From: Phoronis australis
Taxonomy: Eukaryota; Animalia; Phoronida
Direction: 5' to 3'
DNA: 64,000 nucleotides
Assembly: GCA_002633005.1 (NCBI GenBank)
Contig: NMRA01000154.1
Coordinates: forward strand, 750,948-814,947
How positions within the stretch are numbered: the first letter of the stretch is position 1; the number at the start of each line of letters is the position of its first letter. A program made the position numbers and the translations under genes. Under the pieces are notes generated by a model. That model made no database searches. It was not told the origin of the DNA and was given only the letters and a program-made list of their open reading frames with translations. Below, in pieces: positions 38,956 through 52,499 of this stretch.

Positions 38956-40392
38956 GTAAATTGGGCAACGGTTCATGCTTCACGTGACACACATGCACTA
39001 ACACGTGAATGGAGATGGGGCTGCTTCACATATCACACCAGTGGCGGATCTAGGATATCATATGGGGGCCTAAGAATTTGTGACGGGAGCGTGGGAGCAC
39101 CCAGCCTAACATATAGGGAGGCTCGGATGTGGACGACGAAAAAAAAACGGGAAACCGGTTGCGCAACTACACGCATTGTTAACTTTCCTGTCAGTCGCAC
39201 GTTAATTGCCAGGGTTAGTTAATAAACTCAATTAATTTCCTCACGGTCCTGCTGTTTTATTTTTTCTGGCAGCCGTGTGTGTGCATAGGCGGATTTGGGG
39301 GACCCTGGAGACCCGGGCGCCCCCTAAATCCACCTATGCACACACATGTACACTAGCACAGGAATAGAAGTGGTGTTGATTCACATATCACACTTACGGT
39401 TACAAGTATGTGAATAGAGCTGTAGTTCCCAGTCATCTAAATGGTGATTGAGTTGCTGCTTCACGTATCACGCATACCCCCATACTGTATTCTACATTCA
39501 AAAATATATTAAGCATTCATCGACATTGTCTACCGTAGTAGTTACTCATTTTCTCATTCAATGGATGGCTGGTTTTATGACTCTTAACACTAAAATTGAG
39601 TTTGTGCGTAGCGCCATCTATGTCTGAAAAATATTTACCTCATCAGGCCCATACAAAAAATTGATACAGAGTTTCAACGGACTTTGGGTATTTGACATCT
39701 GGTGAGTAATTCTGTAAAGACAACTGCGTGGGATTATTTCGAACTCAAGAGCTGTTCCCCATTTTTTTCAAATATTTGAAACCTTTATTTATTGTGGAGG
39801 AATATAGTAAATGAATTCCAGAAAGAGTGTGACTATAACACATTTTAAACGAGTTCTCCAAAATTATTAATTGATACATATGTACACCATTGGCAGCCAC
39901 ATACAATAGTTGTTTCTTAGATAGCCAAATGATAATTCTTAGCAAATAAAGTTAGATTACAGAAATAGTTGCCAGCTCAGAATGTTGTCTAATAATTTTC
40001 AAAGCTCTGAACATTGTTGTAGCACTTTTTGTGATGTTTTGTATTTACTTTTCAAAAGCTGGTGGCCTAGAAATAAATCAATAAATATATATATAGATTT
40101 CACAGTATGCTGAATAACTCTTATTGTCCATATGTGTTATCCATATTTGACTGCAGTTTTCTTTATCAGTGTTGTACATTGTAGTTCGCTACGTGTCATT
40201 TACCTGTCTTTGTCATAATTTTTTTTCATGTAAGGTTATTATTCATTTAATTACGTTTTATTGCGGTATCGGGTATGCTTTTAACCAGAGTACCAGGGAG
40301 AACGGTGACTCTAAATAGCGGTTGATGTAGCGACAACCCAGTCTAAATCAATAATCAATCAAATCCTATCAATCACCAATTCTCTTTTGTAG

Positions 40393-40425
40393 CCATGCTA
40401 ACCTCCGAAGTGACGGGCATGAAAC
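40393..40425 (+). CDS. SLC8A: NCX 33-nt symmetric microexon (S-HANLRSDGHE-T)
   Basis: Strong acceptor ttctcttttgtag|, donor AAC|gtaagt, phase 2->2, no stop codon. Confidence 0.65.
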
Positions 40426-41404
40426 GTAAGTATTGCCACCTGTTGTGAAAACAGCCTCACCTAACACATTGCTGTTTGATTCGATTGCAGCTAAGTTTTC
40501 TGATGTAATGTTTTATGGAGTTACGTTGACTGTGAAATCTCCACCAGATTGTTCCACCAGATCTTTGCTTTGTAAGATCCACGTATTCCATGTTTTCTGC
40601 TACTTCTGGTTGAAAGTTTTGATTGTTTTGTTGTATTCACACGACACGTTGTGTGCAATTAATGAGATGGTATTTGCCTCACCTCGCATGTTGTTTAAGT
40701 GTGGACTGACTAACGAGGTGTGCAATTTAAGTAATCGGAGTTTCTACTAATTCACTGCAGGAGGTTTCATCATCATTTTCAGTCAATTTACCACGAATCT
40801 TTGGACAAACCATGCTATGAATACCAACCCATGCTGCATACCTGAACTAATGGGGCTTGTACTGTATAGACACCTGGGTACACAATAAACAACTTTTTTC
40901 CTACTAACCTACTGCTGATTTGCTAATTTACCGTATCAATATGCGTGTTTACATTTGGTGCGGTCCTTTTCGTCTCACAACTTGCAAAGGGATGCACGAT
41001 CAACCTGATAAAAAGAAGTTACCAAGCAGTTACCTCTGTACCTCTGTAGAATTCAATGACCCTCCTCCCATCATCTACTTGAATCACATTAATTATAACA
41101 CCCTTACTTATGATACTTTGAGACTATGAATTATAGTCTGTATGAGAACAGGCTTACACCAGCCCTAAAGTACAGTGTGGCACTTGTGCTGCTATATAAA
41201 CATACAGTTTATGCATGATACAACTGAATTAATGAATGACGCTGAGAAATAATTTATACATGTCTGAATACAAACCACACTGCATTCTGTTTCAAACATT
41301 GAAATATTGCACACTGAGCTGATATATCCAGGTTCTGGTACAAATAATTCTTTTGCGGTTAAAAGTGTTCATTGCCGTCTCCTGTGATGAAGGTAAAAAT
41401 CAAA

Positions 41405-42016
41405 AACAAATACTTACTAAGCGACATTTAGTTAATTGAGTATGGCGTTTCAAGCTCGCAGGCTTAGGCTCTTGATCACATGACTGTTCTTCCCTCCTTT
41501 GTGAAACCGGAAGTAACACCTGGTCGTAAACAGGAGGAACTTGCAGTTCCTGGTCACGGTTATGGGGGGGGGGTGTGTGCACTGCTTAATGTAAGTGACC
41601 TTTTTGATCTCATGGGAGAGCCAATGATCCTCTCTGGATGAAGCTGGTGTATTGTCCGTATTGATGGTATGGCCAGATGAAACTATAGTCACCAATAGCA
41701 GTAGTTTGTCGAGATTTTTGTGTTCTGCAAAACTGGTGCCGAGAGCAGATTTGGTTTCACCAATGAACAGGTGAGAAGGATCCTGGTGACACTGGATCTG
41801 ATAAACAAGACACAACTGCTTCTCAAGTGGGGTTACGTTCTTAAGTTTAGCTGACTGTTAAGAGTGTTAATGGGTTTAAAGTAAGCGTTGGTTGTTATCG
41901 ACTTCCTCCTACTTACGATCGGGTATTACTTCCTGAACAGTGGTGTGGTCAAATGCCTGAGCTGCAGGCTTGAAATGTCATACTCAGCTAACTAAATGTC
42001 TGCTACTAAGTAATTT
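41405..42016 (-). mobile_element. Penelope-like retroelement remnant (GIY-YIG endonuclease) with inverted copy of its 3' end
   Basis: Minus strand gives AYFKPINTL, CLVYQIQC..LFIGETKSALGTSFAEHK and HNRDQELQVPPVYDQVL, typical of PLE C-termini, with frameshifts. 41903-42016 (+) is an inverted copy of 41408-41539. Confidence 0.85.
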
Positions 42017-43090
42017 TTCTCTTTTTCACAATGATACTTTTGTACACTTTAAAAATAATGTTTCTTTTAGTAACAGGCCAAAATGAAATCTTTTGTAAAT
42101 TCCTTCTATGGAAGTAGCATATATATGTTATGAAAATTATTGCTTATTCATGGAAAATTATATTTGCAGAACATTTTACAATTCGTATTTGTGAAAATTG
42201 CCTGTAGTTAAATTTCAAGTCACATATGATTGAATGCATTTTGGAAGCCCAAAAATTTGGAAGCTTTGTACCAACTAATATAAAAGAAGAGATAATATAA
42301 ATTCTAATTTATCCATACTGATTTTGCTGGTGAAATGAATTCAGGTTAGGATGCCCTTCATGCTCACAATTCTGAAACATTTGAGCCCTGCAATGGTTCA
42401 CGCTTCAAATGTCTCGTTTACGTCAGCCCCTGCCACATCTGCTTTGTCAAATTTTCTTCCATCCTTATTATTACAGTTCACGCACAACATAATTTCCTGG
42501 ATGATCTGGTCAATCCTAGTATGCAACGCTAAATAACAACTTCCCCACATGTGCACTACTTTTTTGCCTACGCAGCATATTGATATTGATTAAATCAAAA
42601 GCTCAAACTGTCCAAAAGGTGGCGCTTAACAAGGCGGAGTGCAGTGAGGTATAGTTTGGTCTCGCGAATTTCAAATATTCCAAGACACCACTTACATTTG
42701 GCAAAATGAAACTTCCTTATAAACTGTACTCGGCCTACCATACTGACTCATATATCAAACACTTTTTCATAATTAAGTATCATATGCCAGCAGTTGTATT
42801 CTATGAACTGGTGATAGGATGTACATGGGGCTATTTGTCTTTGATGAAAAAACAGAAAAATATAATTTAACTTGTTTTAAACCATATATTGTCCTTAATT
42901 AATTAGTGAGATTTTGCGGTATGCAGTGGCAAGTCCATGTATGGAAGGGTAATAGAAATGAACAACACACAGTCAATGCATTTTGGGGTCTTGTATTATG
43001 GACCCACTCATATTTGACCCCTTGGATGTGTTCTTCGTAATGGGAAATGTGTTCCTCTGAAGCTCACAACTGATGGGGATGAGTTCTGCC

Positions 43091-43175
43091 ACCCCTTGAC
43101 TACCCCTTGACTACCCCTGGACTACCCCTGGGCTACCCCTGGGCTACCCCTGGGCTACCCCTGGGCTACCCCTAG
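43091..43175. repeat. 11-bp minisatellite (acccctgggct), ~8 units
   Basis: Direct reading. Confidence 0.9.
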
Positions 43176-43249
43176 CCTGGTTTGATAATACTGAAGGAAC
43201 GATGCTTTGAATTTCTCTTAAACTTGGTATTTTAATTCTTAGAAATTGA

Positions 43250-44024
43250 ATTATAAACCTTTGTTGTTGTAATAAGCTTAGCTTTGGGTGATGTGGGACT
43301 AATTCTGTTGTTGTCTTTCTACAAACTCTACTTGTATAAGTATAATGTATTTGGTCTCTATTCTTGTCTGCCTTTATACCTTTCTCAATAAAATCTAATC
43401 AATTCATGTTCAAATCATCTTTGATGATGCTTTTCAAACCTATTGGACACATCCTGTACCATTATATACAGTCAGTAACTGCTGATGGTGGAGGACTCCC
43501 TGGTTAACTGTTATCTGCTCAAAATCTTGTTTTAACAAATCGTCTTTGATCAACCAGTGCCTCTAAAGTGTTAAATACCACCAGTTCGTACTTCCAACAC
43601 CCTTAGTCCTGTTCAAACACAGCTTACCCTGGAACANATTGTAAATCTTTGTTGTTGTAATAAGCTTAGCTTTGGGTGATGTGGGACTAATTCTGTTGTT
43701 GTCTTTCTACAAACTCTACTTGTATAAGTATGATGTATTTGGTCTCTATTCTTGTCTGCCTTTATACCTTTCTCAATAAAATCTAATCAATTCATGTTCA
43801 AATCATCTTTGATGATGCTTTTCAAACCTATTGGACACATCCTGTACCATTATATACAGTCAGTAACTGCTGATGGTGGAGGACTCCCTGGTTAACTGTT
43901 ATCTGCTCAAAATCTTGTTTTAACAAATCGTCTTTGATCAACCAGTGCCTCTAAAGTGTTAAATACCACCAGTTCGTACTTCCAACACCCTTAGTCCTGT
44001 TCAAACACAGCTTACCCTGGAACA
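43250..44024. other. 387-bp duplication across single N (43637), likely assembly overlap
   Basis: 43250-43636 ~ 43638-44024, about three substitutions. Confidence 0.8.
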
Positions 44025-44716
44025 ACTTGCTCTAATGCAACTTACCCCACTTTTAAGTGGAGAGTCCACACACACACATGTCCTGATAACTTAGGGTAAG
44101 GCGGAAGTTGTCACTCATTCCCAAGTCTTATTTCGCGCTCAAAAGTATGGTGGATTTTAACACTGACTTTAACCATAGGCTAGAAGTTCATTATATTTCC
44201 ATATTCTGCATTCTCGATCTCTCTCAATTAATGGATTAACAGATTACATAACTAATGGCAACAGTGGAAAAATAATCAATTTCAATTGTGAACGTTTTGC
44301 TCAACAGAGGATCACCATGTGAACTAGGACAATTTCTCTCTGATTTCACACTGAAATTATTGCCAATGGTTATCATTTAACAGTGGTTACGTTGCTCGAA
44401 AGTTTGTCAAATGTTGTTTTATGTCACCTGCACAGTATACCTTGAGCTAATTACTGGCCAAATTTTTCTTTATTTTTTTTGTTGAGCATTTTCATAAAAT
44501 AAAATTTCACTTGTCCACCTTATTGTGCGCTAAATATATGGGGAACAATGAGAGCAACCTAGTTACAACTTGTCTTTAATCATGGCCTGTGTAGACTTTT
44601 TCTGTTTATTAATTTTGCGTTGTTTGCTATTGTTCCAGTCATTATAAGCACCGGTTTTCATGAGTATCAGGTCTCCAATTTACTTCTAGAAACAAAGCTC
44701 AGAATACTCTGTTATC

Positions 44717-44859
44717 CATGGGCGGCGCAGCACTGAAAAAAGTGGGGGCTAAAGCTTCCCAGCCCTACTGCGGTGCACCGTCTATAGACCATGGGAGGCG
44801 AAGCACTGAAAAAAGAGGGGCTATAGCCCCCCCCAGCCCCCTATGGTGCGCTGCCCATG
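44717..44859. mobile_element. GC-rich short MITE-like element, head-to-tail dimer (copy 2)
   Basis: TIR CATGGGCGGCGCA / TGCGCTGCCCATG, flanked by TTATC on both sides (possible TSD). Confidence 0.75.
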
Positions 44860-47800
44860 TTATCTTGAACATTTCACTCCCATGTTTGTACATGTCACTC
44901 TCATATCTTGACCTCATCTGACTTTCATCTTTCTGAAGGTTTTCATCTATTGTATATGTGTCTATCATTATATTTCATTTGTTATTATTTTACCAATGTC
45001 CATTTTCCTGTCTGGAAACAGAGGTGGGAAACAGTTTATTTCTCCAAAACCTAGATATTATTTATGATTTTTAGTTAAGGAAGGCTTACGATGCTTGGTT
45101 CATGGGGCATTTGTGTACTCTTAAATGGAAACTTTTGACTGGAACAAAATTGACATAAAGAAATCACATGTGGTAAAGTCTAATAAAATAACATTTGTTT
45201 TGGGATTATTTGGGTTATTCACTTCTGGAAGCGAAGCAATGTTATTATTGCTGTTTTGTAGTGACAGTGGGAAAACGAGCTCTACGTACGTTCCCGGCAT
45301 TGGGTCGGCAACGGAACTTCTTCCTATTAACAACAGCCTCAATTCACCTGTCAGGTATTTGTTTGTCACCATGGCAACCAATAGCGCATGGTCACTGCTC
45401 TACTCCTGTCACTCAGTTTCTTTCCTACTAAATACAGTTCGGTCTCGTCTTTCTTCATCTTGAGTTAGATTAAAGTGTCCTTGGTATTGTCTGTTACATG
45501 TCAATATCAGTGAACGTGTTTTTCTTGTATTTCGTATTTTGATGTCAGTTTTGTCTTCCACACGCATCTCCATTGCAAAGTTGGCTGCATGACAAATCAG
45601 ATCAGAAATTTATCGAATTTGACCTCTTGAACTGCTTCCTTAGTTTTAGCGGCAACTTTGAATATTGTCTTGCAACGCTTTTGTGCTTTTTGTCATGTCT
45701 TTGTCACTGTCTGCATCGTTCTTGATCTTGTCCATTCATGCGCTTGTGCTTCACTGTTCGTCTGTGTTTACACGTGTGATCATCTGCGTGATAGTCTTAT
45801 GGGTTTTGTTAGTTCGTGTCAATGGTCTAACTCTTGTTCATGTTCTAACCGTTGTTATGACAACAGGTTTAATGTCATTGTTGGCTGCTCCAGCTGGTCA
45901 ACCTCGGGACGCTGAATTGTTGAATTCTTGGAATATGAAAAAGCCGTCTTTTTACTTCTTTTTCTAAGTGTATAAGGGTGGTTTTTGCGTAGACCTGCTT
46001 GTAGGACCTGCTGGATAACCAAAGTACTTGAATTATATTATATCTAACAGTGCAGTTGAAGATTTTCTTAAAAGCCAACAGTTGAGCTGACGTTACAATG
46101 ACCTTGACCTTAGTGTTTCACATCTGGCAAGGGCTGCGTTCCATGTAGACGCAAGAATCTTGTGAAGGAACTTGGTGTGGTCATGTGCTGTGCGTGGCGA
46201 TGATCTCTTGTAGCGTCTTTTAATTGTAATCTTACGTTTTCACAAGTCTCATGCTTCTACGAAACGCATGCCCCATTACTCTTCTGACACAAGCTCGAAT
46301 GAATTTTCGTTGTGATTTTTGTGAGATTTAGCCCGGCAGTACTCTTTGGTGACTTCTGGAATCATGATTGTGTGTCGGTGCCTTGGCTGTGATGGGGTGG
46401 CTTTGGCTTTAGTGTTAAGAATGCATGTTCTGTGTACCCCATTTGGTTCAGTCTACTTTGTTGTTACTGTTACGAAAACTTATTGTAAAATTTTGTTTGT
46501 CTCCCATGTGAGCCATTTTAATCAATTTAATATCAAAAGTGTTATAAACTATTACTAAAATGGCACAGCCTTAATAAACTTTGTTGTTCAGAATGTGTTA
46601 GGAATTGTTTTCAATTTTTCCAACTTTTGCATGAGAGGGTGTCAAAAACTAGGACTTTCATGGTTTGAGAAAACTCGAAAAGTGACGTAAAAGGAAAACA
46701 AAATGAAAACTTAGAAAACTTTAACAGATTCTTGTGAGACTCCGTATTGTACGTTTATGTCAAACAAAATTTGACTGTGTTATGCCGTTTCTTTGCTATT
46801 GACGAACACTCTCTTTTTTGCCTAACTTCACTACAGAAGCATGGTCACGTGACCCAATTAATAGCAGATTGGAATAAAGTCAAAGTTCTGCTGGTCTTTT
46901 ACCCAAAGAAAATATAGTTACACTTTTACTGAGTTCAACTCTATAGCTTTATAGATATTAAGGTGTTAATACCCATGGTTCTATAACCTTAGGACCATCT
47001 GTTCAGACCAACTATTAATCGCGTTGAAACCATTTCTATATAGTCATAACTGTTACCCCATGCATGGTAACCGCTTTACAATTTCGTTTAGATAAAATAA
47101 TTAAAATTTCAAGAGGCAGGGTATGCAAAAATAGTAGAAATATGTAAATATGTTGGCACGTTTTCAAGGGATGCGCGAATCAATAGAAAGTAAACACGAT
47201 CAGGGTTAATAATTAGTGTGCGTTCATCAGGGACGTGTGTGTAATATCGAGTGAACAATGGGGTCTTCTGCACCGTGTTCGAATTAAAAGGAGGGTAAAG
47301 TATAGTTTTGTTAAATAAGTTTGGGTGTGCATAAATTTAGAATGCGCGAAACTGTAGAGAGGCTACTGTAGTTGTTAAGGCACTGTTCCCATAGGCTATC
47401 CCTTTTGATTCACCTCAGTTAGTTTGACTAGTTAAAACTTTAACAACTGCTGTGTTCATGCCAAGATGCAGCAGTTGTACCCTCACAGAAGGTTACAATT
47501 AAATTTAAGACCTTTTTGTCGCTGACTTAGTTTGTTGAACATTCCCTCACTTAATTTAAGTTTTGTTTATTGCAACCATAAAAAGTAATTTTGTGAACGA
47601 TATGGCTGCAATGCACTGATTTTCATACAAATATTACAATTTTATTAGAATGAAACTCACTGATAACTTGAGATCCGTGCAAAACCATCTTCCTCTTATT
47701 CGGAATTTTTCCATGCATTTTTTTTAAACCACGAGTACCTTGAATAACCTGTTATGCCATGTAGAACTACTGCGACAGATGGTCTATTTTCTGAAAAAAA

Positions 47801-47963
47801 TAATGTATAAAATAAATAGACTGGGGCATTTTAATGTTACCATGGAAAGGTGCATGTTTTCCATGTCCTGGCGTAGTCACATTGTCAGTTGTGGTAGATT
47901 GCATGTGCTGACCTATACTCACGTAGTGTGTCCCTCACATTTGCCTGTTTATGTTTCTTGTAG

Positions 47964-48059
47964 TGGTCAGAATAATTCTGGGTCCACCACACGCCTTGTT
48001 ACAGCCGTCGACAAAGAGGATATGACTCACGACCAACAGAGGTCATTTGCTAGAGCCAG
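47964..48059 (+). CDS. SLC8A: NCX linker exon (GQNNSGSTTRLVTAVDKEDMTHDQQRSFARA-R)
   Basis: tgtttcttgtag| acceptor, CAG|gtaacg donor, 96 nt, phase 2->2. Joins the next exon to give SFARARFRHAA, loosely comparable to the NCX1 KSRAFYRIQA helix. Confidence 0.8.
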
Positions 48060-51011
48060 GTAACGTAATTCAACGTGATGTAATAGAAGTCTGATTTTCT
48101 GCAGGCTTATAGTTATTCTGTCGCGTGGCGTAGAAGTGTAAATGGGATGCCATAGATAACAACATCAAAATCTGTTGTAAATTTTCTTTATTTGAAAGAA
48201 AATTTCTTCTTGCCTATGGTTCTAGCTGACATTTGACTATCAATAAATTTAACATTGTTGTAAACATATGTTTCATCAGCAAAAATAGCCTTCTGTGCAA
48301 GTGATTTTCATTCAAAAACAAACTAACATTGATAAACAATGAATTGTTAAAAGCCCCATTCAGCACCTGTTTTTTGTTCTTCACTGACCGTCACAGGTCA
48401 TTGCGTGAACAAGGATTCCCCTGATGGCCACTGGTCACTGCTTCTGGACTGAAACGGTGTGCCTTCAAACTGTTAGGAGACTATGATTAATATAGGATTT
48501 TGCTATTAAATTTCTGTTCACCATTTTCATATCGAAGATAGGGTTAATGATGTGTTACACAGTGTCCATTGCGTTTTCTACTATTGCTATTTTTTATTGC
48601 TATTTCAAAAATCATGAAGTCATTTCCTTTTCTTAGGTTGCAAAAATTGCCAACTGCTTTGATATTTGTAGTAGAATTCCAGCAGTTAACAATTTTGATG
48701 AACTTTCTAATGTCTAGCAGTCTTGAGAAATGTAAATTGCTTAGGGATATTCTAAGTGCTGGTAGAATTTTGATTCAAAGATGATTGGAACGTGCACGGC
48801 CTCTGTGTTTTTCGGTGAAATTAGCTAAAATGTTTTTAGATTAAACTGATTCATGTTGAAGCTACTTCCGTCACAAAAGCAACCTCTCACTTTCGCCATT
48901 GTTACCGTTATCAAATTGGAACTTGGATCGAATTGGAAGTTCAGAATTGGAGACCAGAGGCCTGTTTCAGGAAAAGTGACTGGAATTAAAAATGGACTCC
49001 ACTTAAATTTTTCTTAGAAATAATTAAATTTTACTTAAGCAAAAGTGCAAAGTTTCTGAGAATATACATAACTGCTAGTTACTGCCGATATAATTTTTAA
49101 AAATTGTTTCTTGACTGTGATGCAGTCACACTTACTTGGTTAAACCTTTTTCCAGCAATTCTGAAGAATGAGTGAAAGGCCAAATTTCTATCTTAAGTCA
49201 TGAAATGGACTTCAGGCCTTACATGTTGGCCAATATCACGGCCGGTCAGTTGATCACAAGTAACAACGAACTGCTGGTTGTTTTCAAGCCCAAGTATTTT
49301 GTGCGAGCAAGGAACCATTTTTGGTCAAAATCAAAAGTTAAATCTTTTAATGATTGAACACCAGTTTATTCCCGTTTTAAGGATACTCTTTCCTCTGTTC
49401 TCTCATGTTTACTAAAGAGCAGCACGAATCTCACCCATTAGACAACAAAATAAAAGCACATTTTGTGAATTACAGCTGTGTAAGCATTACATTTCTATTC
49501 ACATGAAGTATGAAACTCAACGCCTTTCATTTATGCTTGCTATTGTTTTGGTGTATCACCATTAATTACAAAAGTAAACTGTTTACTTTTTGAAAGAACT
49601 GTGCAAAAAGTTCATTTTTATTGAATAAGTTTTGACTAAATTTGTTTGTCTTGGACTTCGTTTCGTGGGGTCTTAAACTAAAATGAAGTGGGAATAGTGT
49701 CATTCAATAATTAAAATAAACATTATTATGAACCACTGTGAATAGATTTGTGGTGTTTCTTAGAAATGCAATTTTTGTACATTTGACATGTATGGTGTCC
49801 TAATTGTATACCCTTGTTTTTCCCCATCGTAATATTTAACCAACTAATTCATTGGTAAGATGCGAGTACAGATTTGTTTTGTGTGTCTTGATTTTTTGAA
49901 AATATATTTTATGTTATGTTTTGGCAAGTTTTTATGATTTTGCGAACTCACTATGTTTGGCTTGTATATCATGAGAGATAACTGTCGTCTTATGCCCAAC
50001 AACTATAAGAAAGTTTGTTTTTCATGAGAGGTAGTAATGTCTTCATGGCCAGCAATAATAAGAAAATTTGTACATCATGAGAGGTAACTGTTGTCTTCAT
50101 GCCCGGCAATAATAAAAAATTCTAAAAACGTTTTTGTGGTAAAGATTCTTCTCAAGTGCTTAAAAAGTCTCAACTAAGTCTCCTTACTTTGCTAACGTGT
50201 AGCATGTACTGAATGACAATGCTATATGAACACCATCTCCACTTGTATTTATTTATTGACAACTTGTAAATGTGAAAACAAAAAATTCTGCAAATAGATG
50301 ACCTTTTCACTTATGATGAACCTTGGGGTTTCACATAGCCCGCATCATGCTGTGTTATTCCCCAACACCACATTACGATACTTACTAGACACCGTTGAGT
50401 GATTTACAGCGGATCATTTTCAACACAAAACTTGTTCTTAAAACTATTTGGTAATTTGTATCGCATTTAATATACTTATCATCGTCAATTGTTGCGTTTC
50501 TATCGAATTTGACCAAGCAATCACAGAGACTTAAGTTAGACTTAAATTGAAACTGAGTGCAATGTTCAAATAAACACCAAAGAGTTGTTTACCGAGAGTT
50601 GCGCAGTCCAAAAGTGCTGGGAATTATGGGGGAAGCTTGGTTTTATTATTATTGAAGCATTTTCCAGCCTATAAAACTTCTTTTTTTTTCTGAATGAGCA
50701 TTTTATTTTTATCGATTCACTGAATAAAAAAGTGTCTCTCGACTACTAATACGAAGAACCTCCTCAGTGTGTTGTGTGATTCAAGTAACATTTGTGTGCT
50801 AAGATTTACACTATGTGGGTGAATGTTGACCTGCTTCCTTTCCATCCGTCATGACGTCCTCAGCCTTGTGAACTCCTGCAGGATCTTCTTGACGTTCGGT
50901 AGTTGTGGTGCTCATTTATTCACTAGTCTTTTCAAAGATTGCTGAAGTAGTTTTGGTCAAGTGTTTCATATATCAGCGTTTAGAAGTTTATGCCTGAGCA
51001 TAGGTAAAAGT

Positions 51012-51735
51012 TGTCCCTTACATATAGGGGTAGAGGGGTGTAACATGTATTGGTAGAGGGGTATCACTTACGTGTATTGGTAGAGGGTGTCCCTTACATG
51101 TATTGGTGGAGGGGTGTCCGTTACGTGTATTGTTAGAGGGGTATCCCTTACGTGTATTGGTAGAAGGTGTCACATATATTGGTAGAAGGTGTCCCTTACT
51201 TGTATTGATAGAGGGTGTCCCTCACATGTATTGGTTTGGGGTGTCCCTCACATGTATGGTAGATGGGTGTCCCTTAATGCATTGGTAGAGGGATATCCCT
51301 TACGTGTATTGGTTGAGGGGTATCCCTTACGTGTATTGGTAGAGGGGTGTCCCTTACGTTACGTGTATTGGTAGAGAGGTGTCCGTTACGTGTATTGGTA
51401 GAGGGTTGTCCCTTACATTATTGATAGAGGGGTGGCCCTTACACATGTATTGATAGAGGGTGTCCCATATGTGTATTGGTAGAGGGGTGTCCATTACGTG
51501 TATTGGTAGAGGGGTGTCCCTTACATGTATTGATAGAGGGGTGTCCCTTACATGTATTGATAGAGGGTGCCCCTTATGTGTATTGGTAGAGGGGTGTCCA
51601 TTACGTGTATTGGTAGAGGGGCGTCCCTTACATGTATTGGTAGAGGGGCGTCCCTTACGTGTATTAGTGGAAAGGTGTCCCTTACATAATTTTGTTGATG
51701 GAGAAGTGTCCCTTACGTACATTGGTAGAGGGGTT
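51012..51735. repeat. 26-27-bp minisatellite (tgtcccttacgtgtattggtagagggg), roughly 27 units
   Basis: Direct reading. It generates the spurious repetitive ORFs (VLVEGCPLR). Confidence 0.95.
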
Positions 51736-52255
51736 TACCTAGCATGTAAAGGGTTTCTTTACTGGCACGTGTCTGAAACTGCATGGTTTTATGCCCTTTG
51801 TCTATTTTTAGAATACTTTAATCACATGGATTATTTCATTGTAATATTTAGGGCTTGGTTTGTTAACTTTTCTAAAGAATATTAACCACTGAGGAACAAC
51901 CGTAGTACGTCTACTGATGATTTTTGTATATTAGACACCGAACTTCCATGACTGTGCAGCTATGTCTCCATCTGTGAGATCTTTGTGAATTATGACAATT
52001 GTATTCCTTTGAATGTGTGAACATATCAAAGCTTCTTTTTGACATATCTGATTACTGCTGTGCCTTGTGGTGACGATTTTATTTTTTACCTCTGTCTCTG
52101 CATTTTGGAGTTCCATTTGGGATTTTCATAAAATTTGGCTTAAATAGGCTTGACTCCATTAGGGAGATGAAATTTTCTCATTTTCAGATGGCTTCAATAT
52201 ATTCTGTGCCCCTAGTTCAGATCTACACGATATCCTCTCAAATTAGCAAAATCCA

Positions 52256-52499
52256 GGGGCCCAATCCAAAAAAGCAACTTACCTAAGACAAATCTTAAAA
52301 TTTAAGTCAATTTTAAGATAAAACTCCACTTTGTCTTAAGTCTGTTCTAGGAAAGTGATCTTAAGTTTGTCTTAAGTTTTTGATGTTTTGTCTAATATCA
52401 CTAACACACCGGATGTGGAAGTTTTAAAGTTTGGAAGCGGAGACAAATCTTAGACTTTAGTCAAAAACAAACTTAAGTCAGTTTCTTGGAACATGTCCC
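52256..52499. mobile_element. MITE-like element rich in CTTAAG palindromes
   Basis: Ends ggggcccaatccaaaaaa / tttcttggaacatgtccc form a degenerate TIR; internal repeats cttaag/cttagac. Confidence 0.5.

Noticed and set aside
45480-46420. Strand-biased region that might be a decayed retroelement ORF1
   Set aside because: Many stops and no recognisable motif by eye; it would need a blastx or Dfam search.
51012-51735. CRISPR-like regular array / repetitive ORFs (51103-51885)
   Set aside because: Units are contiguous with no unique spacers, the context is eukaryotic and there are no cas genes. The ORFs are by-products of a 27-bp period.
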